A model generated the notes under the pieces. It was given only the letters and a program-made list of their open reading frames with translations. It searched no databases and was not told where the DNA came from. The position numbers and the translations under genes are program-made. Shown here piece after piece: positions 1 to 9,655 of a stretch of DNA of 64,000 nt. This DNA comes from Gammaproteobacteria bacterium (GTDB lineage Bacteria; Pseudomonadota; Gammaproteobacteria; Eutrophobiales; Eutrophobiaceae), in NCBI GenBank assembly GCA_965243205.1, contig CBDEUK010000001.1:395828-459827 (forward strand), read 5' to 3'. The stretch's first letter is position 1. Every line of letters begins with the position of its first letter.

Positions 1-663
1 CAAGAACAAGACGAATTTGCAGCCGCTACCCAGCAAAAATGCGAAGCCGCAAGAAATGCTGGAAAGTTTGTTGATGAAATCATCCCTGTCGAAATTCCTC
101 AACGCAAAGGCGACCCTATTATTGTTGATAAAGATGAATTTCCTCGAGATGGCGTAACTGCGGAAGGCCTTGGCAAAATGCGTCCAGCTTTTGATAAAGA
201 AGGAACAGTAACCGCCGCTAATGCCTCTGGAATTAATGATGGTGCTGCTGCAGTTATTGTCATGTCAGAATCCAAAGCTAAAGAACTTGGCTTAACTCCA
301 TTAGCCACAGTCAAAGCGTACGCAAGTGCTGGCGTTGATCCAAAAATAATGGGTACTGGGCCTATTCCAGCTTCGACTAAATGTTTGGAAAAAGCTGGCT
401 GGGACAAAGACGAATTAGATCTAATAGAAGCCAATGAAGCATTTGCTTGCCAAGCCATTTCAGTGAATAAAGGCATGGATTGGGATACAAGCAAAGTAAA
501 TGTTAATGGTGGAGCTATTGCTATTGGGCATCCTATTGGTGCTTCTGGATGCAGGGTATTGGTCACTCTTTTACATGAAATGAATCGAAGCGATGCTAAA
601 AAAGGTTTAGCAACCCTATGTATTGGTGGTGGTCAGGGTGTGGCATTAGCTGTAGAAAAATAA
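1..663 (+). CDS. phaA: acetyl-CoA acetyltransferase (beta-ketothiolase), 5'-truncated by the window
   Basis: Frame open from base 1 (QEQDEFAA...). Thiolase motifs [32 protein letters not shown] and LCIGGGQG. Directly upstream of phaB and phaR. Confidence 0.95.
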   Translation, partial: QEQDEFAAATQQKCEAARNAGKFVDEIIPVEIPQRKGDPIIVDKDEFPRDGVTAEGLGKMRPAFDKEGTVTAANASGINDGAAAVIVMSESKAKELGLTPLATVKAYASAGVDPKIMGTGPIPASTKCLEKAGWDKDELDLIEANEAFACQAISVNKGMDWDTSKVNVNGGAIAIGHPIGASGCRVLVTLLHEMNRSDAKKGLATLCIGGGQGVALAVEK

Positions 664-681
664 GAACTCGAGGAAAACATA

Positions 682-1431
682 ATGAAAACTGATTTAACGG
701 ATAAGGTAGCACTTGTCACTGGTGGGACTGGTGGCATTGGAGCGGCTATTTGCGAGCAATTAGCTAGCTCTGGCGCGAAAGTGGCTACTAACTATCGAAA
801 TAAAGATAAAGCTATTGCTTATCAAAAAGAAATGAAAAAGAAAGGTCTAGACATTGCTATTTATCAAGTTGATGTTACTGATTTTGACGGCTGTAAAGAG
901 CTTATTGAAAACATCGAAGCGGATTTAGGGCCTCTCGATATTATTGTAAATAATGCAGGCGTAACTCAAGATACTACATTGAAGAAAATGTCGAAGGAGC
1001 AATGGGATACCGTATTGGATATCAATCTTGATAGCTTATTTAATATTTGCCGAAATGCAGTTGAAGGCATGACTAATCGCGGCTTTGGTAGAATCATAAA
1101 TATCTCTTCTATCAACGGCCAAAAAGGTCAGTTAGGACAAACCAATTACGCAGCTTCCAAAGCAGGTATGCATGGTTTCACCATGGCTTTAGCTCAAGAA
1201 GTTGCACGTAAGGGCGTTACCGTCAATACAGTATCACCTGGTTATATCGCGACTGAAATGGTAATGGCGGTTCCCGAAAAGATTCGTGAGCAAATTATTG
1301 GTCAAATCCCAGTAGCACGTTTAGGTCGACCAGACGAAATTGCTGCCATTTGTGATTTCTTATGCTCTGAACATGCGGGTTTTATCACCGGCGCAGATAT
1401 TGCTGCGAACGGTGGCCAACATATGATGTAA
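682..1431 (+). CDS. phaB: acetoacetyl-CoA reductase (SDR family)
   Basis: TGGTGGIG, NNAG, SSINGQKGQLGQTNYAASKAG. RBS GAGG upstream. Confidence 0.95.
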   Translation: MKTDLTDKVALVTGGTGGIGAAICEQLASSGAKVATNYRNKDKAIAYQKEMKKKGLDIAIYQVDVTDFDGCKELIENIEADLGPLDIIVNNAGVTQDTTLKKMSKEQWDTVLDINLDSLFNICRNAVEGMTNRGFGRIINISSINGQKGQLGQTNYAASKAGMHGFTMALAQEVARKGVTVNTVSPGYIATEMVMAVPEKIREQIIGQIPVARLGRPDEIAAICDFLCSEHAGFITGADIAANGGQHMM

Positions 1432-1476
1432 TGAGTTCAATATAAATTATTATTTCTTAATCAAAGGTTTAGAAAC

Positions 1477-1941
1477 ATGAGCAAGGTAAGAATTATAAAA
1501 AAATATCCTAACCGTCGTTTGTATGATACGGAAATCAGTAAATACATCACGATGGAAAACCTCAAAAACCTAGTGCTTGAAGGAATCGATTTCAAAGTTA
1601 TTGATGTTAAATCGGAAGAAGATCTAACGCGTAGCGTATTGCTACAAATCATCGCGGAACAAGAGCATGGTGGAGAACCTATCTTCTCCACTGAAAGCTT
1701 AACGAAGATAATTCGTTTTTATGGTGATTCAATGCAAGGTATGGCTTCTGATTATCTCAACCAAAGCCTAGGTTTATTCGCTGAACAACAAGAAGCTCTT
1801 CAAAAACAATTTGAATCAGCAGTGGATGGCACTCCGTTAGAATCTATAGCAGACCTAACGAAGAAAAACATTGAGTTATGGACTCAAATGCAAAAGAGTT
1901 TTTTTGATGCAACCGGTTTTAATACAAAGAAAAAAGACTAA
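1477..1941 (+). CDS. phaR: polyhydroxyalkanoate synthesis repressor
   Basis: N-terminal IIKKYPNRRLYDTEISKYIT and EDLTRSVLLQII signature. Lies in the pha cluster. Confidence 0.95.
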   Translation: MSKVRIIKKYPNRRLYDTEISKYITMENLKNLVLEGIDFKVIDVKSEEDLTRSVLLQIIAEQEHGGEPIFSTESLTKIIRFYGDSMQGMASDYLNQSLGLFAEQQEALQKQFESAVDGTPLESIADLTKKNIELWTQMQKSFFDATGFNTKKKD

Positions 1942-1983
1942 CAACTCTGCAAAAGCCTGCGAGAAGATTACGAGGATTATATT

Positions 1984-2991
1984 ATGAGTAAAAATGGTAA
2001 CGATTTTTCACAAATACCATATTTTAATAATGATGATTTAAAAAAGGCTCAAGAAAAAATGTACAACCAATGGTTTGATACCATGGATACTTTCTTCGGT
2101 ACCGTCAATCAATTTGCGGATGCAACTCAAACAGCATTTAACATGGCACAAGAGACCCATAACGAGTCAATGAAATATTTCATGCCAAATGCCAATAACT
2201 TTTACTTCAAACCAACAACTGATAGTGCGACAAGCCTACAGACACAACACACAGGGCATATCGCTATTGTAACTGGTGGTGTTGGTGGTATCGGTACCGC
2301 GATCTGCGAGCGTTTGTACGATGATGGTAACCAAGTTATTGCTACTTATATCAAACCAGAAGAAGAACGCGCTAAAGAATGGCAACAAGAGTATGCTACT
2401 AAAGGCTACTTATTTGAAATTGTTGAATTAGATGTAACTGATTTTGATATGTGTAAAAAAGTTGCTAGAAAGATGAATAAAGACTTTGGTCATATCGATA
2501 TCTTAGTTAACTGTGCAGGCATTACTCAAGACGCGACCTTGCGTAAGATGGAAACTACACAATGGCATAAGGTAATTGAAACCAATTTAGACAGTGTATT
2601 TAACGTAACAAAAAGTTTTCTCGATGGTATGTTAAAACGTAAATATGGTCGTATCGTTAATATTTCTTCAGTTAACGGTCAAAAAGGCCAGTTTGGTCAA
2701 ACCAATTACTCAGCCGCAAAAGCCGGCATGATTGGTTTCAGCCGTTCTTTAGCAATTGAATTAGCTGAAACTGGTATTACCGTAAACACAGTTTGCCCAG
2801 GCTACGTTGGTACTAGTATGGTTGAAGCCATTCCTAAAGAAATCTTAGATGGAATTATCTCTAAAATACCAGTCGGTCGTTTGGCTAAACCAAGTGAAGT
2901 AGCTGATACCGTTTCGTTTCTATCATCAAAAACCAGTGCTTATATCACTGGCTCTGAAATTTCAGTAAATGGTGGCTTATATACTGGTTAA
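1984..2991 (+). CDS. phaB: second acetoacetyl-CoA reductase with a ~90-aa N-terminal extension
   Basis: TGGVGGIG and SSVNGQKGQFGQTNYSAAKAG. GAGG RBS precedes the ATG at 1984, supporting the long start. Confidence 0.88.
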   Translation: MSKNGNDFSQIPYFNNDDLKKAQEKMYNQWFDTMDTFFGTVNQFADATQTAFNMAQETHNESMKYFMPNANNFYFKPTTDSATSLQTQHTGHIAIVTGGVGGIGTAICERLYDDGNQVIATYIKPEEERAKEWQQEYATKGYLFEIVELDVTDFDMCKKVARKMNKDFGHIDILVNCAGITQDATLRKMETTQWHKVIETNLDSVFNVTKSFLDGMLKRKYGRIVNISSVNGQKGQFGQTNYSAAKAGMIGFSRSLAIELAETGITVNTVCPGYVGTSMVEAIPKEILDGIISKIPVGRLAKPSEVADTVSFLSSKTSAYITGSEISVNGGLYTG

Positions 2992-3017
2992 TAAACGCAT
3001 TTATTTTTCATTTATTC

Positions 3018-3051
3018 AAAACCCATAATCATTCATGATTATGGGTTTTTT
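3018..3051 (+). terminator. intrinsic terminator after phaB2 (probably bidirectional)
   Basis: Inverted repeat AAAACCCATAATCAT-tc-ATGATTATGGGTTTT running into a T tract. Confidence 0.85.
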
Positions 3052-3078
3052 ATTTGTAATAACATTAAACTTGATAAC

Positions 3079-3516
3079 ATGAATTCACTGACACCGTTTC
3101 ATTTAGCCATACCAGTACGTGATATTGATGAAGCTCGTGAATTCTACGGCAACAAACTCGGTTTTCCTGAGGGACGATCAGCCGGAAAATGGATCGATTT
3201 TAATTGTTTTGGCCATCAACTTGTTACTCACCTAGACGATACCATTGGAAAAACTGGAAAAGTAAATAGAATTCATAACCCTGTAGATAACGAACAAGTA
3301 CCTATTCCACATTTTGGTGTAGTAATGGAAATAGCACAATGGAAAGATTTTTGCACAAAATTAGAAAGCATTGATTGTGAATTTATTATAAAACCAAGTA
3401 TTCGCTTTCAAGGCCAGGTAGGAGAACAAGCCATTGTGTTCTTTTATGATCCTAGTGGTAATGCTTTAGAATTTAAAGCATTCAAAAATATCGATGAACA
3501 ATTATTTACTAAATAG
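3079..3516 (+). CDS. VOC/glyoxalase family protein
   Basis: PFHLAIPVRD..AREFYG, HFGVV, DPSGNALEFK. Confidence 0.85.
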   Translation: MNSLTPFHLAIPVRDIDEAREFYGNKLGFPEGRSAGKWIDFNCFGHQLVTHLDDTIGKTGKVNRIHNPVDNEQVPIPHFGVVMEIAQWKDFCTKLESIDCEFIIKPSIRFQGQVGEQAIVFFYDPSGNALEFKAFKNIDEQLFTK

Positions 3517-3534
3517 ATTAAGTTTAGACAATAA

Positions 3535-4125
3535 ATGAAAAATTTTTTCATAATCGCTTTAATCCTTCTAGCATTTTGGCAAATAGAACAATCTAGAGTT
3601 ACTTCTCTTGGACCAGGGGTTAAAGCACCAGAAGTCCCCAAACAAGATTCCATTAAGAACGCAAAGCCATTTAACTTTGAAGGCTATCAAATTACACCGT
3701 TAGCCGATTTTTCCTTAGAGGCAAAAGTATTATCGAAAGAAAATTATTCTTTAGGTAGAGAAGCCGATTTATCACCTGTTGATTTAGCACTCGGTTGGAA
3801 GAACATGTCAGATGAAGCTGTGATAGAAAAAATTTCTATACGACAATCAGGTCGCTGGTACCGTTGGAACTCTAAAGATTTTCCAATTCCTAGAAGAGAG
3901 ATAGAAACATCAAGTGCTAATATGCATATGGTTCCTTCAACAGATGCAATTCATTCAACCTTAAAAAAAGTTCGTAAAGGTGATTTGATAACGCTGCAAG
4001 GAAAACTTATAAGAGTTAATTCTAGTGACGGTTTTAGATGGCAAAGTTCGTTAACTCGTAACGATACTGGCGATGGTGCATGTGAATTGATTTGGGTAGA
4101 ACAACTATCGATACAAAATCAATAA
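3535..4125 (+). CDS. conserved exported or membrane-anchored hypothetical protein
   Basis: N-terminal hydrophobic segment. Conserved-looking motifs LSPVDLALGW, SANMHMVP and WQSSLTRNDTGDGACE. Confidence 0.7.
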   Translation: MKNFFIIALILLAFWQIEQSRVTSLGPGVKAPEVPKQDSIKNAKPFNFEGYQITPLADFSLEAKVLSKENYSLGREADLSPVDLALGWKNMSDEAVIEKISIRQSGRWYRWNSKDFPIPRREIETSSANMHMVPSTDAIHSTLKKVRKGDLITLQGKLIRVNSSDGFRWQSSLTRNDTGDGACELIWVEQLSIQNQ

Positions 4126-4138
4126 ATTCAATTTTTCT

Positions 4139-5200
4139 CTAACGTTTAGATAACCAATCACCTACTGTGGGCGGAATCATCTTTTGTGCTTTACCACTAA
4201 CATAGATACCAATATGACCACCTGGAAATTCTAATGCTGTGTAGTCCTTAGTACCTACACAACCCTCCAATGCTTTAGATGAATCTGGCGGCACAAGATG
4301 ATCATCCGCTGCATAAATATTTAAGATAGGCATTTTTAAATTGGCTAAATCAACTGTATCTTCACCAATTTTAACAGTACCTTTGACTAAACCATTTTGC
4401 TGATAGAACTGTTTTATGAACTGTTTATAGGCTTCTCCAGCTTGATCAGGACTATCAAAAATCCATTTTTCCATACGCATAAAATTCATGGCTTTATCAG
4501 AGTCATTAAGAATATTCACAACGTCAACATACTTTTGACCGATTAAGCGAAACGGCTTTAGCGATAAAAAAGTTGAATTTAATAATTCACCAGGCACATT
4601 ACCCATTGAATCAACAATTAAGTCGATATCAACATGGCGTACCATATTACTCAAGAGATCATCTTTGGTATGAAAATCAACAGGTGTCACTGTTGTAATA
4701 AGGTTTTTTACTTTATCTGTATGTAAGGATGAATAACATAAGCTAAAGGCACCACCTTGACAGATACCTAATAAATTTATTTTTTTAAGGTTATGTTCTT
4801 GTCGAATAAAATCGACACAATTATTAATATAACCATTGATATAATCATTAAGGTCCAAATATCGATCAGAACTATCTGGGTAACCCCAATCAATTAAATA
4901 AACATCTAAACCTGCATCTAAAAGTCCTTGAATCATTGAACGTCCATCTTGTAAATCAGCCATATAGGGACGATTCACCAGCGCATAAACCACAAGCAAT
5001 GGAACCTTATGCTGCGATTTAGTACGTGATTTATAATGATATAAAACAATTTTATCTTCTGAATAGACCGCCTCTTTCTCAGAAACACCGACATCAATTT
5101 CATTTAAATCAGATAAGGTATCAATACTTTGAGCTAATTTAGTATTAAATTCTAAAACCTCTTCTTGAATATCTTCTGGTGTAAACTTAAATGGATTCAT
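4139..5200 (-). CDS. phaC: class III PHA synthase catalytic subunit
   Basis: 353 aa. YALVNRPYMADLQ, lipase-box-like GICQGG, DHLVPP and GGHIG catalytic residues. Confidence 0.95.
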   Translation of the reverse strand: MNPFKFTPEDIQEEVLEFNTKLAQSIDTLSDLNEIDVGVSEKEAVYSEDKIVLYHYKSRTKSQHKVPLLVVYALVNRPYMADLQDGRSMIQGLLDAGLDVYLIDWGYPDSSDRYLDLNDYINGYINNCVDFIRQEHNLKKINLLGICQGGAFSLCYSSLHTDKVKNLITTVTPVDFHTKDDLLSNMVRHVDIDLIVDSMGNVPGELLNSTFLSLKPFRLIGQKYVDVVNILNDSDKAMNFMRMEKWIFDSPDQAGEAYKQFIKQFYQQNGLVKGTVKIGEDTVDLANLKMPILNIYAADDHLVPPDSSKALEGCVGTKDYTALEFPGGHIGIYVSGKAQKMIPPTVGDWLSKR

Positions 5201-5212
5201 GGTAACAGTTCT

Positions 5213-6406
5213 TTAAAATTTTATTTCAATCACATTGTTATTAGTATTCGGACTAGTTTGGCGAGTAGATTTTCTTACTTTTTTTTTACTTACCGTCTTT
5301 TTTCGAGCCGTTGTTTTTTTCTCAGCTAAATTTGGGCTTTTGACTTTAGTTTTTGCTTTCTTCTTTTTTTTCCTAGCTGTAACAGAAGATGTATTAGTCA
5401 CCTTTTTGTTTAAAACCAGATCACGAAGTTCTTGAATTTCTTTTTCAAGTTTATTGACTTTCTGTTGTTCTTGTATATTTTTTTGTTCTGCTCTTTTCAG
5501 TTTTTGTTTTAGTTGATGTTGTTCTTTTGCTAATTCATCAAACTCATTTTTAGATGTCATGTTGTAGGTGCTATAAACTTCATTCATAAGTTCAGCACTG
5601 TCTTTTTTAAAGGCCATTAAGGCATTGACAACATTTCCATATAACAGTGAATACTCTTCACCAAGAACATATTCGCCGTAAGCTTCTTCGTTACAATCAA
5701 CCCATAAATCATAGGCAGCTCTTAATGATTCAATTTTTTCTTTGTTCTGAGCTAAAACAATCAGTTTATCTTTTAATAAATCTAAACCACTCGAGGCAAC
5801 TTGTGCCATTGCATCGTTATATTGTTTATTAGTTTCCTGAAATCGTTTAAATGATAAAACAGTGTGTTGAATTTTTTCCTGTAATTCTCTATTTAGGCCA
5901 AGACCAGGCATCGAAAGATATTTTTCAATATAGTCTTGAATCTCAGAATCACTAACACTTTCATCCAATATTTTTTCAAAACCAGGAATAAAGTTAACTG
6001 ACGACTTCAATGCTTCTTGATTAATCTTCCATTCAGAAAGCAAACCATCTTGAAAATAATTTGACTGCTCGTTATATGCTTGCTTCATCACTTCAATTTG
6101 TTGTTCAAGCATATTCATCCAATTTTTTTTGGTTTTCTTTTGAGAAGAAAGTAACTCTAATAAAGTTGATAACTGTTCTCCAAGGAAATAAAAAGACTTG
6201 CCTTGATTCATGACTTTATTAAAGACTTCGAATTGATCCATAGGCATAGAAACATCATTGGATTTCCACCAATAATTCATCGCCTGTTCCCATGGGTTTT
6301 GCGGTTTACTTTGACCAGAAATGAAGCTGTTTACTGATTCAATGTATTGTTTTTGTAGATCTGACCAATTCATTGAATTCCAATCTTGATTAAAAAATTT
6401 ATTCAT
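5213..6406 (-). CDS. phaE: class III PHA synthase subunit PhaE with a Lys/Arg-rich tail
   Basis: PGLGLNRELQ and YDLWVDCNEEAY..YS..YG..VNA motifs. Immediately upstream of phaC. Confidence 0.88.
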   Translation of the reverse strand: MNKFFNQDWNSMNWSDLQKQYIESVNSFISGQSKPQNPWEQAMNYWWKSNDVSMPMDQFEVFNKVMNQGKSFYFLGEQLSTLLELLSSQKKTKKNWMNMLEQQIEVMKQAYNEQSNYFQDGLLSEWKINQEALKSSVNFIPGFEKILDESVSDSEIQDYIEKYLSMPGLGLNRELQEKIQHTVLSFKRFQETNKQYNDAMAQVASSGLDLLKDKLIVLAQNKEKIESLRAAYDLWVDCNEEAYGEYVLGEEYSLLYGNVVNALMAFKKDSAELMNEVYSTYNMTSKNEFDELAKEQHQLKQKLKRAEQKNIQEQQKVNKLEKEIQELRDLVLNKKVTNTSSVTARKKKKKAKTKVKSPNLAEKKTTARKKTVSKKKVRKSTRQTSPNTNNNVIEIKF

Positions 6407-6523
6407 GTTGCCAATGCTTTATATTTTTTTAATTGTATTTAAATCCCTTGTATAACAATAGTCTGAATATTCAAAGATACCAAACTATTCAGATTAATCG
6501 AAAATAACTAATCTTACTTACTG

Positions 6524-6946
6524 TTAACTGGCTTTAGATTTTGCTTTGGTCTTAGCTTTTGAAACTTTACGTTTAGTCACTGGTTTCTTTGGTTCTTCTG
6601 GAATCACAGAATCAAATTCAGTCATTTTAGGTAATTCATTACTGAACCAATTTGTTACTTCATCTTGTGAAGAACTAATGACTGCACTTGCTTGTTCTGC
6701 AATCTTAATCACTTTATCTTGTACTTCGCTAGCAAACTGAGCTTCGGCACTAATAAATTCATTATAGTCTTTAATATTACTGACTAATTTGAATTGCGCT
6801 AAACCGCTCTCAAAACTGATATTGGCAAGGTTCATCTGAATAGTGGCCAATTCATTTAATGTGGTTGTATTAATATCAGTCAGCTTTTGGATTGCTTCGT
6901 AGGAAGCCTTACTGGCGTTGGTGATTTCTTCAAAGGTTGTATTCAT
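6524..6946 (-). CDS. phaP: phasin (PHA granule-associated protein) with a basic tail
   Basis: Small Ala/Gln/Glu-rich amphipathic helical protein upstream of phaEC, preceded by a PhaR-like operator. Confidence 0.75.
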   Translation of the reverse strand: MNTTFEEITNASKASYEAIQKLTDINTTTLNELATIQMNLANISFESGLAQFKLVSNIKDYNEFISAEAQFASEVQDKVIKIAEQASAVISSSQDEVTNWFSNELPKMTEFDSVIPEEPKKPVTKRKVSKAKTKAKSKAS

Positions 6947-7009
6947 GATGGGTATCTCCCAGATTTATAGCCGACAACCAACATCCGGCTATGAAAGTTA
7001 TATAATCAA

Positions 7010-7068
7010 TATTGTGCACTGCAATACTTATTGCAATGCACAATAGTCTAGTTCAACGTCAATGTCAA
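7010..7068 (-). promoter_or_regulatory. sigma70 promoter of phaP overlapped by a probable PhaR operator
   Basis: Minus strand TTGACA (7068-7063), 17 nt, TATTGT (7045-7040). A 17-bp inverted repeat at 7010-7026/7029-7045 has one mismatch, and each arm contains TGC-N3-GCA. Confidence 0.75.
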
Positions 7069-7093
7069 CTATTCATGAATACAGGAAGGTAAA

Positions 7094-7642
7094 TTAGAAA
7101 TGAGGTTTTTCTGGTAAATCTTGATATCGTTTCATTGAATCAACGATTTCTTGTTTCGCAGCATCCGCCTCACGCCAACCATCGACTTTTACCCATTTTT
7201 CAGGTTCTAAATCTTTATAATGTTCAAAGAAATGAGTAATTTTATCTAATAAGGCTGGCTGTAAATCACGAAAACTGTTCACATTGCGGTTAAATTTAGA
7301 CACCTTATCGATAGGCACAGCTAGAACCTTTCCATCATCGCCTGCTTCATCAGTCATATCTAAAATACCAATGGGTCTACAGCGCATAACGGCACCAGGA
7401 ATGATAGGCATAGGGGTTGCGATTAGTACATCCACAGGATCGCCATCCAATGCTAATGTGTGAGGGACATAACCATAGTTACATGGATATACCATAGAGG
7501 TATTCAGATACCGATCAACGAACATCGCTCCAGTGTCTTTATCTAATTCGTATTTTACTGGATCGCCATTGATGGCTATTTCAATGATCACATTGATCTC
7601 TTCTGGCGGATTTTTGCCAGGTCCTACTCGGTCTAAATTCAT
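7094..7642 (-). CDS. ppa: inorganic pyrophosphatase (family I)
   Basis: KYELDK, YPCNYG, DGDPVDV, FFEHYKDLE. Confidence 0.96.
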   Translation of the reverse strand: MNLDRVGPGKNPPEEINVIIEIAINGDPVKYELDKDTGAMFVDRYLNTSMVYPCNYGYVPHTLALDGDPVDVLIATPMPIIPGAVMRCRPIGILDMTDEAGDDGKVLAVPIDKVSKFNRNVNSFRDLQPALLDKITHFFEHYKDLEPEKWVKVDGWREADAAKQEIVDSMKRYQDLPEKPHF

Positions 7643-7671
7643 TAGAGCTCCTAATTAGTTAGTATTTACTA

Positions 7672-9612
7672 TTATTTATTCGCTCGATTCTCAATGAGTT
7701 CATCTACCACAGTAGGATCAGCTAGAGTACTGGTATCACCTAAGTTCTCCAATTCATTAGCCGCAACTTTTCTGAGAATTCGACGCATAATTTTGCCAGA
7801 GCGGGTCTTCGGTAAACCAGGAGCCCATTGAATGATATCCGGACTGGCTATGGGTCCAATCTCTTTACGGACATGACTAACCAATTCTTTCTTTAATTCA
7901 TCTGATGGATCGGTACCGGCCATTAACGTGACATACGCATAGATACCCTGCCCTTTGACATCATGAGGATAGCCCACGACTGCGGCTTCCGCGACAGTGT
8001 CATGCAAGACTAATGCACTTTCAACCTCTGCAGTCCCCATACGGTGACCGGAAACATTAATAACATCGTCTATTCGACCTGTGATCCAATAATACCCATC
8101 TTTGTCTCTTCTAGCACCATCTCCTGAAAAATATTTTCCAGGAAACATTTTGAAATACGTATCAATGAAACGTTCATGATCGCCAAATACGGTACGCATC
8201 TGGCCTGGCCAAGGACGTTTGATACATAAAGCACCTTCAGCTTCTCCTTCAAGTTCATTACCTTTATCGTCCACCAAACAAGGTTCAACACCAAAAAATG
8301 GTAACGTAGCTGATCCAGGTTTTAGTGCAGTCGCTCCAGGCAAAGGCGTAATTAAATGACCACCTGTTTCTGTTTGCCACCAAGTATCAACTATCGGACA
8401 TCTGCCATCGCCTACGACATTGTAATACCACTCCCAAGCTTCAGGGTTAATGGGCTCACCTACCGATCCAAGAATGCGTAAGCTACTGCGATCATGCTTT
8501 GCTACAAATTCATCACCTTGTCCCATTAACATGCGTATTGCAGTCGGTGCAGTGTAAAATGAATTCACCTTATGTTTTTCAACTATCTGCCAGAAACGGC
8601 CGACATCAGGATAATTTGGTACGCCTTCAAACATTAAACTAATCGCGCCGTTTGCTAATGGCCCATAAACAATATAGGAATGCCCAGTAACCCAACCTAC
8701 ATCAGCGGTACACCAATAGATCTCACCTTCCTGATAATCAAAAACATATTTATGTGTCATTGCTGCATAAAGCAGATATCCACCTGTAGTATGCAAAACA
8801 CCTTTGGGCTTGCCCGTTGAACCTGAGGTATACAAAATAAACAATGGATCTTCTGCATCCATTTCTTCAGGCTCACAATCAGTAGAAGCGTTATCAACTA
8901 ATTCGTGATACCAGACATCTCTATCACCGTTCCAATCAACATCATCTCCAGTTCTTTGAACAACGATACATGTATGGACATTAGGACAACCGCTTAAACC
9001 CTTATCGGCATTGGCTTTAAGAGGAATATGTTTTTTACCACGTAAACTATAATCGCTGGTGATAACAACCTGACAATCAGAGTCATTAATGCGGTCACGT
9101 AAAGCATCAGGAGAAAAACCTCCAAACACAATAGAATGAACTGCACCAATTCTGGTACACGCTAACATCGCAACTGAGGCTTCAGGAATCATTGGCATGT
9201 ATAAACAGACTCTATCCCCTTTTTTTACCCCACGAGATTTTAAACCATTAGCAAAGCGACAAACCTGTTCATGAAGCTCTTTGTAAGTAATTGTTTTATC
9301 TTCTTCAGGATCATCTCCTTCCCAAATGATGGCTGTTTGATCACCACGAGTATCTAGATGTCGATCCAAACAATTGTATGAAACATTTAGCTTGCCACCT
9401 TTAAACCAATTAATATCGACATTATCTTTGCCAAATTCCCAATCCTGTACTTGGTCCCAAGTTTTAAACCAAGAAATAAATTCATTAGCCTGTTGTGCCC
9501 AGAAATTATCTGAATCATTAATCGATTGCTCATACATTGATTTATATTGTTCAGCATTTATATGAGCAGTATTTGAAATAGATGTAGGTACTTTATAAGT
9601 CTTATCTGACAT
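7672..9612 (-). CDS. acs: acetyl-CoA synthetase (AMP-forming)
   Basis: [34 protein letters not shown]. Confidence 0.97.
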   Translation of the reverse strand: MSDKTYKVPTSISNTAHINAEQYKSMYEQSINDSDNFWAQQANEFISWFKTWDQVQDWEFGKDNVDINWFKGGKLNVSYNCLDRHLDTRGDQTAIIWEGDDPEEDKTITYKELHEQVCRFANGLKSRGVKKGDRVCLYMPMIPEASVAMLACTRIGAVHSIVFGGFSPDALRDRINDSDCQVVITSDYSLRGKKHIPLKANADKGLSGCPNVHTCIVVQRTGDDVDWNGDRDVWYHELVDNASTDCEPEEMDAEDPLFILYTSGSTGKPKGVLHTTGGYLLYAAMTHKYVFDYQEGEIYWCTADVGWVTGHSYIVYGPLANGAISLMFEGVPNYPDVGRFWQIVEKHKVNSFYTAPTAIRMLMGQGDEFVAKHDRSSLRILGSVGEPINPEAWEWYYNVVGDGRCPIVDTWWQTETGGHLITPLPGATALKPGSATLPFFGVEPCLVDDKGNELEGEAEGALCIKRPWPGQMRTVFGDHERFIDTYFKMFPGKYFSGDGARRDKDGYYWITGRIDDVINVSGHRMGTAEVESALVLHDTVAEAAVVGYPHDVKGQGIYAYVTLMAGTDPSDELKKELVSHVRKEIGPIASPDIIQWAPGLPKTRSGKIMRRILRKVAANELENLGDTSTLADPTVVDELIENRANK

Positions 9613-9655
9613 AAGTCCTTCCCTCGTTTATAGAATATTTTTTATAGTTATAGTT

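Noticed and set aside
99-566. 155-aa minus-strand ORF and other short ORFs nested antisense to or out of frame with recognised genes (e.g. 16808..17335, 32044..32409, 35642..36112)
   Set aside because: They overlap well-supported conserved genes and have no recognisable motifs.
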